NCBI GenBank assembly: GCA_963700285.1
Contig: CAVOXA010000022.1
Span: 128,001-192,000, forward strand
From: an uncultured Chloroflexia bacterium
GTDB lineage: Bacteria; Chloroflexota; Anaerolineae; JAAYZQ01
Reading direction: 5' to 3'
Length of the DNA stretch: 64,000 bases
Shown: piece by piece, positions 1 through 10,277 of the stretch
Layout: every line of letters begins with the position of its first letter
How positions within the stretch are numbered: position 1 is the first letter of the stretch
Position numbers and translations under genes: made by a program
Notes under the pieces: model-generated
Databases searched by the model: none
What the model saw: the letters and a program-made list of their open reading frames with translations, nothing else
What the model was told of the DNA's origin: nothing

Positions 1-1
1 C

Positions 2-2558
2 ACCGTTCGCTTTGCGATCACGGATTGGGATCGCCCCCTGTACGAGAGCCTGATCGAAGCCTTTGAAGAGGAAAACCCCGACCTGCACGTGCAGGTGGTG
101 TCGGCCAACGAGGTACTGGAACTGGGCCCCATTGGCCAGATCGACATACCCGAGGACGCGGACCAGCGCCTGGTGGCCGCCGCCGACGTGGTCGAGGTGA
201 ACGTCACGCGCGAGGCCGTGGACCAGGGCCTGATCCGGGATCTTTCGCCGTTCCTCGACATCGATCCCGGCTCTCAGGCCAGTGACTTTTATCCCGGCGC
301 GCTGGAGCGGGTCCAGTGGGCCGGTGGCACCTGGGCGCTGCCGATGACGCTCAACTACCGTCTCATCTTTTTCGACAAGGATGCTTTTGACGCGGCGGGC
401 GTGCCCTATCCCGAAGCGGGCTGGTCGTGGGACGACCTGCAGGCCAAGGCCGAGGCGCTGACCGTGGGCGAGGGCGACGGGGTTGAGCGCTGGGGTTTCG
501 TCCCCGGTGGGCTGGCCCACTGGATCATCCGCAGTCTGGCGGGCCCGCTGGCCGACGATGATGCCGAGCCGCCGCTCCCCCGTTTCGATGAGCCTGGCGT
601 GATCGAGGCGGTGGATTGGTACGCCGACCTGCACCGCGAGGCGCAGGCGATGCCCTTCTTTGAGGCGGAGGAGGATGGGGACGGCGGGCTGCAGCTTTCG
701 GAGCAGCAGGCCCTGATCGACAAGGGGCAGGCCGCCATGTGGGCCGAGACGGACCTGTCCTGGTGGCTGCGGTCGCAGCAACTCAACGTGGGTGTCGTGC
801 CCTTCCCGTCCGGCACGCCGGAGGAAGCGACGACGCCCGTTTCGGCCAGCAGTCTGGCCATGAGCGCGGGGACGCAGCAACCGCAAGCGGCCTGGCGCTG
901 GATGGAATACCTCAGCCGCCAGTCGCCACCCGGCCTGGCCCTTGGGATCAAGTTCCTGCCCGCCCGCCGGTCGACGGCGACGGCGAGCGGCTTCTGGGAT
1001 GACCTGGATGCCGAGTATGCGGAGGCCCTGCGTTACGCCATCGACCACAGCTACACCATGACCCCGCCCGTGGCCTACGATGCCTTTGAGGAGGCGCTGG
1101 TGGCCGTCCTCAGCGGCGAGCAGCCGGCCGACGCAGCGCTGGCCGCGGCCCAGGAACGGGCCGAGACCGAGATCCTGGGTGCGACCACAGCCGGGACCAC
1201 GCCTGTGCCTACCTTTGTCGTCGCCCCCGCCGAGGAAGAACCGCAAGCCGAAGGGGCCATGACCGTCACCTTTGTGCCTGGCCTGGGCTCGTTTAACCTG
1301 GAGCCCTACCGCGCTCTGGCCGATCAGTTTCACGGCGAGCATCCTGACATCGTCGTGGAGGTCAAGACCCTCGATTTCGCCGGGGGCGCGCCGGGCCTGA
1401 AGCGTATGGCCGCCAGCAGCGACTGCTTCGAGTGGTTCCCCAGCTTTGCCGATCCCGAGAACCGGGAAGCGATCCTGAACCTCAGCCCCCTGGCCGACGC
1501 CGATCCCGCCTTCACGACGGAGGACTATTATCCCGCGGTGCTGGAAGAGTTCACCTGGGAGGGGCAGCTCTGGGGCCTGCCGTCCGACATCACGCCCTTT
1601 GTCATCGAATACAACAAGGCGCTTTTCGAAGCCGAGGGCGTTGAGGAGCCGGCGGCCGGCTGGACCTGGGACGACTTTTTGGCCGCGGCCGTGGCGCTGA
1701 CCGGAGAAGAAGGGGAGAGCCAGCAGTACGGCTTTGTGGCCCAGGTCTACGAGCTCAACGACCTGCTGCTCATCGCCGAGCGGCTGGGGGCCAAGCTGCT
1801 GGATGACTCGGTTGATCCGCCCACCTTCTCCTTCACCGACCCGGAGACCGTCAAGGCCGTGCGCTGGTACGCGGCCCTGACCACCGAACACGGCGTCAAG
1901 CCGGTCTTTGTCACCGATCTGACCAACCTGCTGGGGGCCAGCTCGGCCTATATGGAGCGGCAGGGCCTCATCGACGAGGGGCTGGCGGGGATGTGGACCT
2001 CGTCGGTGGACTCGGTCCTTCTCTTTGGCGTGCGCAAGGACCCCAACGTGGGCGCGGTGCCCCTGCCCGCCCGGGCTGACGGCGGGGGCAGCGGCAGTTA
2101 CCTCGCGGCCAGCGGTTACTTTATCTCGGCCGGCACGGAGGGCCGCGAGGCGTGCTGGCAGTGGATCACCTACCTCAACGGGCAGCCCGGCGCCGTGCTG
2201 GGCCTTCCCGCCCGGCGCTCGCTGGCCGAGTCCGACGCCTTCCGGAATCAGGTGGGTCGCGGACCGGGCCGACGCCTTCCTGGCCGCCATCGGCGACGCC
2301 AGGCAGCCGTCGGCCTTCCAGGCCCTCAACCAGGAACCGTGGCTGGGCACCGCCATGCTCTGGTTGGGGCAGGCCTTCGGCCAGATCGTCGAGGGCGAGG
2401 CCAGTGTGGAGGATGCGCTGGACGGGGCGCAGAGGCTGGCCGAGGACTATCGGGCTTGCCTGATCGGCAAGGACGACTTTTCCGAGCAATCCGCCCGCTC
2501 CTGCGCCCAGGAGATGGATCCCTCTCTGCCTGACTTCCTGTTCGCCACAGGTGAGTAG
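2..2558 (+). CDS. ABC-type extracellular solute-binding protein with two tandem SBP (sugar-binding family 1-like) domains; 5' partial, one frameshift near 2255-2262
   Basis: Frame open from base 2. Two similar halves (FEEENPDLHVQV...YPEAGWSWDD...AAWRWMEYL and FHGEHPDIVVEV...PAAGWTWDD...ACWQWITYL). C-terminus continues in ORF 2025..2558 (ADRADAFLAAI...). Confidence 0.85.
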
Positions 2559-2571
2559 CCCTCACAATCCG

Positions 2572-2603
2572 GACCTGCCAGGTTTTCCGAAACCTGGCAG
2601 GTC
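2572..2603. repeat. REP-like palindrome / bidirectional terminator
   Basis: GACCTGCCAGGTTT-tccg-AAACCTGGCAGGTC between convergent genes; related to GACCTGACAGGTC...GACCTGTCAGGTC at 20221-20253. Confidence 0.7.
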
Positions 2604-2654
2604 TGCTGCGGGCAATACGAGACAGCGCTTCTCCTACTTCCTTGCCGTGGGGCG

Positions 2655-3827
2655 CTAAATAACCTCAATGGGGATATAGGGCTCGCGCCAGTCCTTCCAA
2701 CAGCCCACGAGCCGGCAGCCTGTTTCGGTGACAAGGACAGTGTCTTTGGAACAGAGCAGTTCTCCGTCCGGCCCGCGGACCCACGGCGTGAGGACCAGGA
2801 CCATGCCCGGCTTGAGTTCGGTGTGATCGTCAGCGGCCAGGTAGGGCGCCTCGTCTGTGGCGACGCCGATGCCGTGGCCCGCGCCAAGCTGGCTGACAGA
2901 ATCAATACCGCCCGCCTTGGCCGCGTCCAGCGCGGCGCGAAAGACCGTGCTGCACAACACGCCAGGCTTGATGCTCCCCAGGAGGGCGTCCCTGAGGGTC
3001 ACCAGTTCCTCGCAGGCCGCTGCCTGCTCCGGCGTGGGCTGGCCCATGACCAGGATTCTGCCGGCATCGGACCAATAGCCGTCGCGGGTAGCCCGCATGC
3101 CCAGCCGTACCATCTGGCCCGGCGCCAGCTTTTCGGTGCTGCTGTAGCCATGGTTCAAGCCGTGGAGGGGACACAGGGGCCACAGCTTCCGGGCCGCCGG
3201 TCCCCCAGCAACCTGGGCAACGCTGTGATAGCCTGTCTCGACGAGCCCCCGCTCCAGGCAGTGGACGCGGATCTGCTCCGATTCCGTCAGTTGGGTACGC
3301 GGTGAGGCTACGACGACGTGGTGGAGCGAGCCGTTGATGCCATGGTCGGTAGTGTAGGCCACGTCCTCCAGAATTGCCATCTCCGGGCCCGTCTTGCGCA
3401 TGCGGAGGCTCCGGAGCCATTCATCACAGGCCACCAGCTTTGTCTCCGGCAGGGCCTGTTCCAATGCCTCAAAGAGGTCACAGGGCGCGCGATGCGTGTC
3501 GATGCCGATGGTGCATGGTCCCTCGACCAGGCTGGCCACGGCCGTCACGGCGCCGCGAGGATCGTCGCCGCTGGGGACGTAGGCAATCGTCCGATCGATG
3601 CGGCCCAGGTGGCGGACGGTACTCTCCAGTTCAGGGGGGCAGACGAGCGTGGGCGCGCCCTCTTGGGGCCAGAAGAGCATCAGGCGCTGATCGGGCCGGT
3701 AGGGGAGAAAGGGCAGTTGCACGCCCGACAGGTACTGGACATTGTCCGCGCCGGTGAGCAGGAGGGCATCATAGCTGGAGCCCTGCAAGGCGGCTTGGAG
3801 CTTTTCTGTAATGCCTGGATCTACCAT
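2655..3827 (-). CDS. M24 (Xaa-Pro peptidase/creatinase fold) family protein
   Basis: Creatinase_N-like start (YDALLLTGADNVQYLSG), LRMRKTGPE, GYWSDAGR, GHGIG, LKPGMVL. Confidence 0.85.
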   Translation of the reverse strand: MVDPGITEKLQAALQGSSYDALLLTGADNVQYLSGVQLPFLPYRPDQRLMLFWPQEGAPTLVCPPELESTVRHLGRIDRTIAYVPSGDDPRGAVTAVASLVEGPCTIGIDTHRAPCDLFEALEQALPETKLVACDEWLRSLRMRKTGPEMAILEDVAYTTDHGINGSLHHVVVASPRTQLTESEQIRVHCLERGLVETGYHSVAQVAGGPAARKLWPLCPLHGLNHGYSSTEKLAPGQMVRLGMRATRDGYWSDAGRILVMGQPTPEQAAACEELVTLRDALLGSIKPGVLCSTVFRAALDAAKAGGIDSVSQLGAGHGIGVATDEAPYLAADDHTELKPGMVLVLTPWVRGPDGELLCSKDTVLVTETGCRLVGCWKDWREPYIPIEVI

Positions 3828-4082
3828 CGGTTCCCTCTCTTTGACCTGAAGCTCGCAGTTTAATTCTATATGACTGAAACAGTCTGAGCATTCTCAGCTG
3901 AGGGAACGGCTTCTCCTGTTAGGTGGAGATTCTTCGCCTCCGCTACGCTCCGGCTCAGAATGACCTGTTTCTAGGAGCTTGGGCTGATACCTGTTCAGCC
4001 GAGTTCTACTACCGGTTTGAGTTGTCAAAAAGCGTAAGCGCCGACTATGTACCTTTGCTCGCTTTATGCTACGACCAGCCCA

Positions 4083-5244
4083 CTATCCATGCCTGGCCGT
4101 GACGCCAACCACGGCGTAGAGGCGATCCCAGTTCCGGTACCAGCTCAGGAGCCGGGGGCCTTGGTCTCCGACGACAAAGGTATCCACGGAGCGGATCAGC
4201 TCCTGGTGGGGCCCGTAGGTCAGGATGTCCAGGGCCAGGACCATGCCAGGCCGGAGCTGCGTGAGGTCGTGGCCGTCCAGATAGGGCGCTTCCCGTTCGC
4301 TCGTGCCCACGCCGTGCCCGATGCCGGCGCCTTTCAGGAGGCGGATGCCCTCCCTGTCCGCCATGGCTGCGACCGCGCCAAAGACATCCTGGCCGGTCAC
4401 ACCCGGGCGGAGCTTTTCAATGGCGACGGTTTTGAGGGATAGGTTCTCGCGATATGCCTGTCGTTCTGCCTCGGTAGGCTGGCCGATGGATACGGTGCGA
4501 CCCGCGCTGGACCAGTAGCCCCGGTACTCGTTGGTCAGGTCGAAGCGCAGCAGGTTCCCCTCGGCGAGACTGCCATGGGGCGCGACGTGGTAGTGCTGGG
4601 CGTCGGTTCCCTGTACGGCGCCAAGGTGGCCGGTTGCCGAACCGCCAAACTCGCCCACGTGGACGCGCACCCGTTCCGCGGCCTCGGCCAGGCTGTAGCT
4701 CACGGCATCCACCGTTCCCTCGGTGTGGTTCAGGGCGGAAACGATGCCCCGGTCGGCTTGGCGGGCTGCCTGCTCCAGGAGATGCTGTTCGGCGGAGGTC
4801 TTGACGATTCGCAGCGCCCGGAGCATCTCGTCGCAAGCCTGCCACCGCACGCCGGGCAGGGCCTGTCTCAGCGCGTCCATGATGGCCACGGGCATCCGGG
4901 AGGCATCAAAGCCGATGCGGGCCTGTGACAGGCCCATGTCCGAGATGGCCTTGGTTGTCGCGGAGAGCAGGGCCGCGTAGGGCTTGCCCGCGGGGTAGCT
5001 GACCAGGTCACCCGTGCCAGCCCTGGTCGCGGATGGCCCCCGACCAGCCAAAGGGGGTCACGATGCGGGCGCCGCTCCCCTTTGGAACCAGGGCGAGCGC
5101 CCTGTGGTCCGGATAGTTGGGAGCAAAGGGCAGCACGGTCCGGGTGAGGTAGGTCAAGTTGTCGGGCCCGATGGTCAGAAGCGCATCGTACCCATGGCGC
5201 TCCATGGCCTGCTGTAGCTTGGTCTGTCGTTCGTCCATTGACAT
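4083..5244 (-). CDS. M24 family protein, paralogue of 2655..3827; frameshift near 5040-5050
   Basis: ORF 5008..5244 (YDALLTIGPDNLTYLT) joins ORF 4083..5051 (LRIVKTSAE, GHGVG, LRPGMVL). AGGAG RBS upstream of 5244. Confidence 0.8.
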
Positions 5245-5474
5245 GCCTGTCTCCTATGGTGAGTCACGGCGATCGGGTCTGCCCGAGCCATCCGGTCAGG
5301 TCAGATTGTACCACAGGTTGGTGTGGGCCTCAAGGCAGGCTTGTGGGCAATCGCCCGGCCATCATGGTGCAGGCAGCCGGTTCCTCGCTGCAAAGACGCC
5401 AAGACCACCCAGAGAAGAAGGCAAGGATTTGCGTTCTTGGCGCCCAGGCGGTGCTGGGCAGATTTCTGTCGAAT

Positions 5475-5822
5475 TCAGTACCCAGCACCGGCTCTTCCAG
5501 GACCGCCACCTTCTCGGCAGGGCCGGCGTTGGCTTCCCTGAGCGCATCTCCCCGCAGCGGCTCCACCTCCAGCCGCTGGCCGGCGTCGAGGGGCCAGCAG
5601 CATGCCGCGCAGCTCGCGGATCCCCCTGCTCCTGCCGAAAAAGAAGCGATGGTGTTTTTCCCGGAAGGGCACCATGCCGGGGTAGGGGCAGGGGGGTGGG
5701 GGCTCAGTCCCGGGGACGGACTTTTGCAGTTCTTGGCAGAGCCGGGCCATGACGCTGGGCCAGTTGGCCTCGCCGCTGGCATCCAGCCGGGTCATCGGCT
5801 TCAGATCGGGCGGCAGGGTCAC
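5475..5822 (-). pseudogene. Fragment of a STAND NTPase N-terminal region
   Basis: CPYPGMVPF...RFFFGR matches the SPYRGLFPF...RWFFGR motif of the STAND gene near 46100. No Walker A follows, and the 5' end abuts a REP-like element. Confidence 0.55.
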
Positions 5823-5940
5823 CTGTCATCGCGAGGAGCGAGAGCTGTTTGCGAGCGACAGCCTGTCCTGAGCAAAGCGACAGGAAAGCGATCTCTACGA
5901 TTTCAAGGGGAGATTGCTTCGGTTCCCTCGCAATGACAGG
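5822..5940. repeat. REP-like element (GTCAT(C/T)GCGAG...CTCGCAATGAC family) containing a CCTGTCCTGAGC..GCGACAGGA hairpin
   Basis: Terminal inverted CTGTCAT/ATGACAG. Related elements near 3923-3964, 47192-47236, 53130-53254 and 60491-60660. Confidence 0.7.
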
Positions 5941-6078
5941 ATTTGGGTGCGATTGCCCTGGGTAGCCGGCCCTGCCCGGTTGCAGGGTTCCAAAACCTGT
6001 GGTACCATGGCTGAATCTATGCTGAGAGCCGATGGTCTTTTTTCGTGCCCCCGGTCCGGCTGACCCAAGGGAGAAGCT

Positions 6079-6861
6079 ATGCAGATCCTGGAGAACTATG
6101 ACGAATGGAAGGCTACCTTTCAGGCTGGTTGGCTGGCTCATCTCCAAGAGACGGGTGAGATCGATTGGTCGCTGTACAACCGTCCCGACAACAAAACCGC
6201 CCCTGCAGGGCCGGGCGTCGATCTGGCCCAGAGCCGCCTGATGCTCATCACCACCTCGGGGGCCTACCTGCCGGCAGAGCAGGAGCCCTTTGATGCGGCC
6301 AACCCCCTGGGCGACTATAGCATCCGCCTTTGGCCCTCGTCCACACCCCTGGAGGTACTGGCCTACTCCCACGACCACTATGACCAGGCGGCGGTAAAGG
6401 CTGACCCGCAGGTGCTTCTGCCGTTGGGCCACCTGGAGGAGCTGGTCGGTGAGGGCGCCATCGGCGAGCTGGCCCCCTCCGTGGTCAGTTTCATGGGCTA
6501 CCAGCCGGACGTTTCCCGCGTGGTGGACGAGATGATCCCACAGATTGTGGCGGCCGCGCAGGCAGAGAAAGTGCAGGCCGTGCTGCTGGTTCCCGCCTGA
6601 CCGCTTTGCTCCCAGTCCGTTGGGCTGGCTGCAAGGGCGCTAGAGATGGCGGGCATGGCCACGACGCTGACGAGCTGGAACGCGGGAGTCACCCGCCTGA
6701 CGGCGCCGCCCCGGGCTACCTTTACCCGGCTGGAACGGGGGGCCACGCTGGGCCAGCCCCACGATGCCGCCCAGCAGCGATGCGTGCTGGATGCGACGCT
6801 GGACCTGCTGGCGCAGGACGCGCCGCTTGAGCCGGTCAACATGCGGCAGATCTGTGCCTAG
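6079..6861 (+). CDS. Selenoprotein of the glycine/sarcosine/betaine/proline reductase selenoprotein B (GrdB/PrdB)-like family; Sec at 6598-6600
   Basis: ORF 6079..6600 (LITTSGAYL, HDHYD, DPQVLLPL, SFMG) ends VPA-TGA and continues in frame PLCSQSVGLAARALE (UxxC motif) to TAG 6861. Confidence 0.85.
6602..6639 (+). promoter_or_regulatory. Putative bacterial SECIS hairpin
   Basis: Directly 3' of the in-frame TGA: CGCTTTGC/GCAAGGGCG lower stem, CCAGTCC/GGGCTGG upper stem, apical loop starting with G ~19 nt from the UGA. Confidence 0.65.
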
Positions 6862-6957
6862 CAGGAACCCGGTCGTTGCCGCGCCGGAATCGGGAGGCGT
6901 TCTGCGACTCGCGGATGCCGGGTCGTACCAAGGAGAGTCTGTGGATGGCGCTAGACT

Positions 6958-7066
6958 GTTCGTAGCGGGCGCCCTTCGGCTTCGCTCAGGCGATGCTTCA
7001 GCGCCGTCTTCTGGGCATGATGTGACCGGCGCGCGGGAAAAGCGCGCTGAAGCGCGCACTACGAAC
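6958..7066. repeat. REP-like palindromic element
   Basis: GTTCGTAG...CTACGAAC inverted ends with internal CTTCAGCGC/GCGCTGAAG pair. Confidence 0.6.
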
Positions 7067-7114
7067 CTGTCCGTAAGGTTACATAATTCGAGAACCATGG
7101 ACTGGTGAGGAACC

Positions 7115-8125
7115 ATGGCAGAGACGACGCAAGAAACAGCCAGACGAGGGTGCTGGCCGGCGACCAGCGCCATCACCTGGGCGGATCGTTGGGACCATGT
7201 CCTGGCGCGGTGGGCAGTGAATCGGAGCGGCCACCGGGTTGAGCCGGGTCTCTATGCGTTGGCCGCTCCTGACGCGTCATCCCCTGTGTTTGTGACGGCC
7301 AACTATACGCTGAGCTTTGACGCGCTCAGGGCCTCGCTGGCCGGGATCGATGGCTACATCCTGGTTCTGGACACAAAGGGCATCAACGTCTGGTGCGCCG
7401 CGGGCAAGGGGACTTTTGGTACCGACGAGCTGGTGCATCGTATTCAGGCCACAAGCCTGCGGGAGGTCGTCGACCACCGGATGCTGGTCCTGCCCCAATT
7501 GGGCGCCCCTGGCGTGGCTGCCCACGAGGTGAAGGAGCGCTCGGGCTTTGCAGTCGAGTACGGTCCGGTCCGCGCAGCGGACCTGCCCGAGTACCTGAAA
7601 ACCCGCCGGGCCACGCCAGAAATGCGCCGGGTCCGCTTTGGCCTGCGCGATCGCCTGGCCCTGATCCCGGTGGAGTTGGTACATACCCTGCTGCCCATGG
7701 CCATCGCCGCTTTCCTGCTCTATTGGCTGGGCGGCTGGCTGGCATCCCTGGCCGTGGTGGCCGCGATTCTAGCCGGTGTTGTGCTGTTTCCCTTGCTGCT
7801 GCCCTGGCTACCCACTCGTGATTTCAGCAGCAAGGGCTTTATCCTGGGCATCGTGGTGGCTGTTCCCTTCGCCCTGGCTGTTTTGGGTGGCCGCCCAGAC
7901 CTGATTTGGTGGCAGCGAGCCGGGAGCGCGCTTGTCTATCTGCTGGTCATGCCGGCGATCACGGCCTTCCTGGCCTTGAACTTTACCGGTTCGACGACCT
8001 TCACCTCGCGCACCGGCGTCAGGCGCGAGATCTTTTGCTATGCTCCCATGATGGTCCTGAGCTTTGGTGCCGGCGTCGTGGCAGCCCTCGTTCTCACGGT
8101 CCTGGACTTGATTGGAGTCGCCTGA
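7115..8125 (+). CDS. hgcA: Mercury methylation corrinoid protein HgcA
   Basis: Diagnostic cap-helix GINVWCAAGKG, TANYTLSFD, PQLGAPGVAAH, YGPVRAADL; C-terminal TM helices with LNFTGSTTFTS. Confidence 0.97.
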   Translation: MAETTQETARRGCWPATSAITWADRWDHVLARWAVNRSGHRVEPGLYALAAPDASSPVFVTANYTLSFDALRASLAGIDGYILVLDTKGINVWCAAGKGTFGTDELVHRIQATSLREVVDHRMLVLPQLGAPGVAAHEVKERSGFAVEYGPVRAADLPEYLKTRRATPEMRRVRFGLRDRLALIPVELVHTLLPMAIAAFLLYWLGGWLASLAVVAAILAGVVLFPLLLPWLPTRDFSSKGFILGIVVAVPFALAVLGGRPDLIWWQRAGSALVYLLVMPAITAFLALNFTGSTTFTSRTGVRREIFCYAPMMVLSFGAGVVAALVLTVLDLIGVA

Positions 8126-8412
8126 TGCTCCAGACTGCGGTGTCAAACACCCTTCGCTACGACCCGGAGCAATGCATCGGCTGCGAGATGTGTGTCCTTG
8201 TCTGCCCCCACGCAGTATTTTCATTGAACGGGCGCCTGGCCAGGCTGGTACGGCCCGAAGCCTGCATGGAGTGTGGCGCCTGCCAGTTGAACTGCCCGGC
8301 AGGCGCGATCCAGGTCGATAGCGGCACCGGCTGTGCGTCAGCCATGTTCAAAGCGGCGCTGATGGGCCAAAAAGACCCCACCTGCGGCGGCCGGGAAACC
8401 TGCTGCGGGTAG
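8125..8412 (+). CDS. hgcB: Mercury methylation ferredoxin HgcB
   Basis: ATG overlaps the hgcA stop (TGATG). CIGCEMCVLVCP and CMECGACQLNCP motifs, GTGCA, C-terminal C...CC. Confidence 0.95.
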   Translation: MLQTAVSNTLRYDPEQCIGCEMCVLVCPHAVFSLNGRLARLVRPEACMECGACQLNCPAGAIQVDSGTGCASAMFKAALMGQKDPTCGGRETCCG

Positions 8413-8641
8413 ACGGAGGGCCAGCGTAGCGCCTGCCGCGCTCTGAGCTTGTTTGCCTGAACGGTCCTATCTCGCCGGGCTGCCCCGCTGCCCGGCCCTT
8501 GTCCCCCCCTTGGTCTTTCCCCTCCTCTTCTGACGGCGTTCCCTTCCGCGACGCGCCGTGTGGTCTCTTCCACATGTGACTCGCTGTGTGTTCTTTCGGC
8601 ATGGGTCTGCGGCTTCTCCGCCGCCCAAGGCTGCGTCATAC

Positions 8642-8670
8642 TTGACGGGTTCACGTCCGACTCGCATAAT
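8642..8670 (+). promoter_or_regulatory. Sigma70-type promoter of the phage-like operon
   Basis: TTGACG (8642-8647), 17-nt spacer, CATAAT (8665-8670). Confidence 0.75.
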
Positions 8671-8677
8671 GAATAAT

Positions 8678-8691
8678 AGAACATATGTTCG
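8678..8691. promoter_or_regulatory. LexA (SOS/Cheo-type) operator
   Basis: AGAACATATGTTCG: perfect palindromic GAAC-N4-GTTC core at 8679-8690, overlapping the predicted transcription start. Confidence 0.8.
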
Positions 8692-8757
8692 TTGCGTGAT
8701 TCGGATCAGCAAAGCGTCTCACATTCGCGTCACGGACGCCACTGCTAGAGGGGACCG

Positions 8758-10222
8758 ATGCAAAAACGTGAACCTGCCCCAAAACCTGCACCAGATTCTG
8801 CCGCGATGCCATCCGGGGAAGCCACCGATTCAACAAAATCCCTAAAGCACCGCTTAGCCCACATCCTCTTCGGCGATATCATCGCCGAACAACTGGCCGC
8901 AGTCACCGCCACCGTCAACGACTCTAACGCCGGCTGGCAAGCTCTCACCTCCGCCGGCCCCCACGACCGCGACTTCTGCCGAATGGTACCAGGACCAAGC
9001 CGACGCCCTCGAGGCATGGCGCAAAAACTTCCAAGTCCGCCGAATCGTCACCCTCACCCGCTCCTACGTCCTCGGTGGAGGCATTACCCTGTCCTCCGGC
9101 AACCGCGCCGTCCAGAACTTTGTCAATGACTTTACCAACCACCCCAAGAACCAACTCAACCGTCGCCTCGGCCCGATCTGCGACGAACTCACACGCGCCG
9201 GCGAGGTCTTCCCTGTCCTCTTTACCAACCGCATAGACGGGATGTCCTACCTCCGCTTTGTGCCAGCCAGCCAGATCGCCGAAATCGTCACCGACCCCGA
9301 CGACTATGAAACGGAACTCGCCTACCTCGAGACCCAAGCCAACATGCTCGAGCCCAAGCGCTGGCTGGCCGCCGCTGACCCAGACGCCTGGGCGCCAGAC
9401 GCCAGCGGCCAACTGCCACCCGTCATGCTTCACTTTGCGGTCAACCGCCCCATTGGCGCCACACGCGGCGAGGGAGACTTGACCCCCGTACTCCGCTGGG
9501 CCCTGAGATATTCCAACTGGCTGGAGGATCGCGTCCGCCTCAACAAGATCCGCACCCGTCAAGGGATCTACGAAGTCGAGCTTGCCGACGATACCAAGGT
9601 CCTCGAGCGCAAACGCCAATACGAAGCCCAAGACCCCATCCGCTCGGGTATCGTCGTCCATGGGCCAGGTGAAGAACACGAGATGCACCAGATCAACATC
9701 GGCGCCGGCGACGCCGCAGACGACGGCAAAACCCTCCGCCTGGCCGTAGCCACGGGCGCTAACTCTGCCCTCCATTACATGGGCGAAGGCGAATCAGCCA
9801 ACTATGCCACAGCCCGCGAAATGGGCGAACCCACGGCACGATTCTACACCGAACGACAAAACCAACTCTGCCAAATGCTCATGGATCTTGTCGAAGTCGC
9901 CTACCGACGCAAGGCCGCCATGGGACTCGCAAGGCTGCCGGCCGGCGAAGACTTCAAGCTGCGCGCCGTGGCCACCGAAACCGCCAGAGCTGACAACGCC
10001 GGCCTGGCCGAAGCGACTCGCAACGCCGCCGAGGCATTCGCCATCATGCGAGAGAAAGGATGGATTGACAGCCAAACCGCAGTAAGACTCATCCTCAAAT
10101 TCGCCGGAGAAGCCCTGTCAGACCAGGAAATCCAGGAAATCCTAGACCGTGCCGAGCCGCCAGCCCCTGAGAAGCCGCCTGAGCCAACGACCGCAGAAAA
10201 AGACCAGGAGCCCGCACAGTGA
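8758..10222 (+). CDS. Phage portal-like protein; frameshift near 8976
   Basis: GAGGGG RBS. ORF 8758.. shifts into the frame of 9242..10222 (AEWYQDQADALEAWRKNFQVRRIVTLTRSYVLGGG...GEVF...RGEGDL...NYATA), about 488 aa, first gene before the capsid gene. Confidence 0.75.
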
Positions 10223-10240
10223 CCGCCCCTTTCGCCCTTC

Positions 10241-10270
10241 AATTCGTAAAATTCGTAAAATTCGTGGCAA
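10241..10270 (+). repeat. 9-nt tandem array 1 (AATTCGTAA AATTCGTAA AATTCGTGG CAA)
   Basis: Read directly; lies just before ATG 10278. Confidence 0.9.
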
Positions 10271-10277
10271 GCATCCA

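Noticed and set aside
7097-7117. In-frame ATG GAC TGG TGA GGA ACC ATG upstream of hgcA, suggesting a Sec-containing N-terminal extension
   Set aside because: Sec-extended HgcA proteins, as I recall, use a Cys-Sec motif; here it is Trp-UGA. TGAGG is better explained as the RBS, the upstream ATG has no SD, and I saw no convincing SECIS.
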